DNA of 64,000 nucleotides from NCBI RefSeq assembly GCF_056712565.1, contig NZ_CM160072.1; one strand, 5' to 3'. Shown piece by piece: positions 61,745 to 64,000 of this stretch (position 1 is its first letter; each line of letters starts with the position of its first letter). The notes under the pieces were generated by a model. It saw only the letters and a program-made list of their open reading frames with translations, ran no database searches and was not told where the DNA came from. The position numbers and the translations under genes were made by a program.

Positions 61745-62135
61745 CGTCTTTTCTCCCCGGAATTAACTCGCGTGGATTATCGGAACGGTGATAGAGCCAT
61801 ATACCAATACGCACAGCGACAATTGCTGACACGAATGCGCCTGCAGAGAAAACAATCCCTTTTTCAAAAGAGTCCTGCGTGATGGTAGGGATCAGGCTGG
61901 CTATGCCGATAAGAATTGATGCTGCTGGTTTGTAAAAGAGAAGGCCACAAAGAAAGCTGAGCATCGAAAGGAGCACCCGGCGACGGATGGGGTACTCTAC
62001 TGCAGAGGTAACAAAAATTACCGCCCCAGCCAAAGCCCCTAAAGCAACCTCCGGAGGGACACCTGCAATAACCGCAGCAAGAGAACTAAAACTAAGCAAC
62101 TGATTTAATTGCTCACTTGTTACTTGAGCAGACAT
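61731..62135 (-). CDS. Holin-like membrane protein (3-4 predicted TM segments, charged C-terminus)
   Basis: 134-aa ORF, first gene after the AT-rich intergenic region; AGGAG RBS 7 nt upstream of the ATG; overlaps next gene by 14 nt. Confidence 0.55.
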   Translation of the reverse strand: MSAQVTSEQLNQLLSFSSLAAVIAGVPPEVALGALAGAVIFVTSAVEYPIRRRVLLSMLSFLCGLLFYKPAASILIGIASLIPTITQDSFEKGIVFSAGAFVSAIVAVRIGIWLYHRSDNPRELIPGRKDDGNA

Positions 62136-62441
62136 ACTTTCTCCTGTTTACTATCTATAAGCCAGTCAATTATTGATGACTAACTTCGCATAGTAAACCA
62201 TATATGAATCATTATTGTTCCATATCATATATCTCAATAAAAGTACTAATGATTTTACAGAACGAGCCAGCAGAGTGAGGGCAGTTGTACAGGAACCATA
62301 GACTTAATTTTGTATTTAATAATGCTATGGTGTAATAAACCTGAACATGTATTTAAAATACGTACTGATTCATGATAGAATTCAAAGATAACTTTTCACA
62401 AACTCCGTTTTTGATACCCGCAAAATATTGCGGGCTTTTTT
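62136..62441 (-). promoter_or_regulatory. AT-rich non-coding spacer between tail fibre and lysis genes; likely lysis/late promoter region; contains hairpin CCCGCAAAATATTGCGGG plus T8 (62419..62441)
   Basis: No ORF of plausible size; AT-rich; hairpin flanked by T-run on plus strand and A-run on minus strand. Confidence 0.45.
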
Positions 62442-64000
62442 TTAACGTTCTTCCAGAGACTGAATCCGCTCTTTTATCTTATCCATTTCTCTGCGCTGCC
62501 ATGCTGCCTCGATATAGAATAAGAGATCAGGTCTGACCCCCCATCTAGATCCTGCTGGCGTTATTTCAACGCGCTCAATGATGTCTTCTATTACCATCAC
62601 TGGATTATCATCCTCATCAACAATGATGCTCCCGTCATTATCAGTCAGCGGCATTTCCCTTTGGCCAGTAATGACGTCATCATATACTGCGGGATAATCG
62701 TCATAGCAAAGAAAGGCATAGCGGCATGTTGTGCTTTCTTCTTCCATGAGTCCGTGAGAAATAAGAACATCACGAAGTTGCTGCGCGATTACACCATGAT
62801 GTATCCTCGCCCCTTCTTCCCCCTTTATAGCGACAGCGTTCAGCCATTTATAAGCGATATACCTGACGTCACCCCAGGCATCCAGCAATGCTTCGTCAGG
62901 AGAGACCGGCTCTGTCTTTAATGTTCCGTCACTGGTAACCACAGGATTGGAGCCAAGATAAACTGTCGAGAACCTGTTTCCCGGACCACCAAGAGCATTT
63001 ACATTATCAAGATAAGGTTTAACATCTCCGTTCTCAAAAAGATGTTCGAGTGCGTTATATACCGCGCGACGTGGAGTACTGCTTCCGGAACCATGCAACG
63101 TTATCATTGCACCATCTGCTGAAGACGTTGTTTCACCTCCGCTAACGATTAATCTCTGAGCGGTAACATCATCAGACGGTACTTTCTTCGCAATAATGGC
63201 GTAATTACCCTCAAGTTTGACTTCCGCGCGAACTTGTCCTGATGTACCTGCATGGACAGTCAGTGACTGGACGGCAACATCATCTGTGAAATCAACGGGT
63301 ACAGGAACCGTCCTCACGCCTGACGTCGACATAAAAGTAGGAAGCGTTCTGTTAGGAGTGGCTCCGTAGACAAAATCCCTTGAAACAAATTCTTCCTGTT
63401 TAATTTTCACCCTGAAACAATACAAATCAGCCGGGTGACCATCGTGAACATAAGGATATTTTCTGTTGTTATCCCCTATGCTCCATGGGTTTAGAAAGTC
63501 TTCCCCACCGAAAATGTAGTACAGCCAGTTGTCTTTGATACAAACTGAACCAACACCAACCGCAGAGTTAACTATTCCGCCCTGATAAATCTGATCAGTA
63601 ACATTAACCCACTCTACATTATCCAGACTCCACTCATTGACGTTAACTCTGGTCATAAATGTTCTTGGATAATTTCCTGCATAACGGTTATCAGGTTCTC
63701 CTCCTTCCCACTCACCAAATGCGCGCTCACTGCCAAAAATAATCAGCTCATCGCCAACTTTGGCAAAAGGAAGGTTTGAGTGATGAACATTATTTGGGAA
63801 GCGAAGAGAATTCCATGATGTACCTAAATCAGAGCTTCTGTGCAATGAACTACCGGGTTGAGTACTTAATGTCCCCCTGGTCGTCAGATACAGAATGCCA
63901 TCATAATATTTTACACATGGCTCAGATGCATTCGCCTCATATTCTGCAGGTATGCGTCTGCGAACAAAGCTACCAGGAGAACCGAAAGCATCAGAGAAAT
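62442..64000 (-). CDS. Phage tail fibre/tailspike, C-terminal part (N-terminus beyond window): beta-propeller-type domain with Asp-box (SSDLGTSW) and C-terminal intramolecular-chaperone (peptidase S74-like) domain
   Basis: Hand translation upstream of the ORF-track start shows the frame stays open to the window edge; Asp-box motif at 63813..63836; C-terminal ~160 aa resemble self-cleaving chaperone domains of endosialidase-type tailspikes, with candidate site TS/DGTLK. Confidence 0.75.
   Translation of the reverse strand, partial: FSDAFGSPGSFVRRRIPAEYEANASEPCVKYYDGILYLTTRGTLSTQPGSSLHRSSDLGTSWNSLRFPNNVHHSNLPFAKVGDELIIFGSERAFGEWEGGEPDNRYAGNYPRTFMTRVNVNEWSLDNVEWVNVTDQIYQGGIVNSAVGVGSVCIKDNWLYYIFGGEDFLNPWSIGDNNRKYPYVHDGHPADLYCFRVKIKQEEFVSRDFVYGATPNRTLPTFMSTSGVRTVPVPVDFTDDVAVQSLTVHAGTSGQVRAEVKLEGNYAIIAKKVPSDDVTAQRLIVSGGETTSSADGAMITLHGSGSSTPRRAVYNALEHLFENGDVKPYLDNVNALGGPGNRFSTVYLGSNPVVTSDGTLKTEPVSPDEALLDAWGDVRYIAYKWLNAVAIKGEEGARIHHGVIAQQLRDVLISHGLMEEESTTCRYAFLCYDDYPAVYDDVITGQREMPLTDNDGSIIVDEDDNPVMVIEDIIERVEITPAGSRWGVRPDLLFYIEAAWQRREMDKIKERIQSLEER

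Larger units (their letters stand above)
59995..64000 (-). mobile_element. Prophage end (attR side): tail fibre gene plus lysis cassette; continues beyond window end
   Basis: Block of phage-type genes on the minus strand, absent from the K-12 yfgI-guaA junction; AT-rich intergenic DNA; guaA remnant at boundary. Confidence 0.8.

Noticed and set aside
62347-62391. 14-aa plus-strand sORF (MYLKYVLIHDRIQR) just upstream of the plus-strand terminator in the phage spacer
   Set aside because: No Shine-Dalgarno and too short to judge; kept only as part of the antisense-transcript hypothesis, not annotated as a gene.

Overview
This window is an Escherichia coli-type chromosomal segment, collinear with the K-12 map from yfeX to yfgI, ending in the edge of a prophage. 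Gene identifications come from reading the ORF-track proteins against remembered E. coli proteins and synteny; no database search was run. Core content: yfeX (partial), yfeY, yfeZ, ypeA, amiA, hemF, the 17-gene eut operon (eutS to eutR on the minus strand), maeB, talA-tktB, ypfG, nudK, aegA, narQ, acrD, ypfM, yffB, dapE, ypfN, ypfH, tmcA, ypfJ, purC, bamC, dapA, gcvR, bcp, perM, bepA, yfgD, hda, uraA-upp, purMN, ppk-ppx, pdeF (yfgF), yfgG, yfgH and yfgI, with REP/BIME repeats and hairpin terminators between them. Three structural differences from K-12 as I remember it: (1) eutB and eutA are 11 bp apart, with no CPZ-55 prophage between them; (2) bcp is followed within 98 bp by perM, so the hyf-focB cluster is absent; (3) after yfgI (about 59.97 kb) the expected convergent guaA is replaced by a prophage end. 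The minus strand there still reads '..IIEWE-stop' (59995..60012), a 5-codon remnant of the guaA 3-prime end that I interpret as the attR core. Behind it lie a phage lysis cassette (two holin-like membrane proteins, a GH19-type endolysin, an uncharacterised 74-aa ORF coupled by ATGA overlaps, and an i-spanin with an embedded lipoprotein o-spanin) and a tail fibre/tailspike gene that runs off the window end. The most interesting material is this prophage edge; the rest is ordinary conserved core genome.
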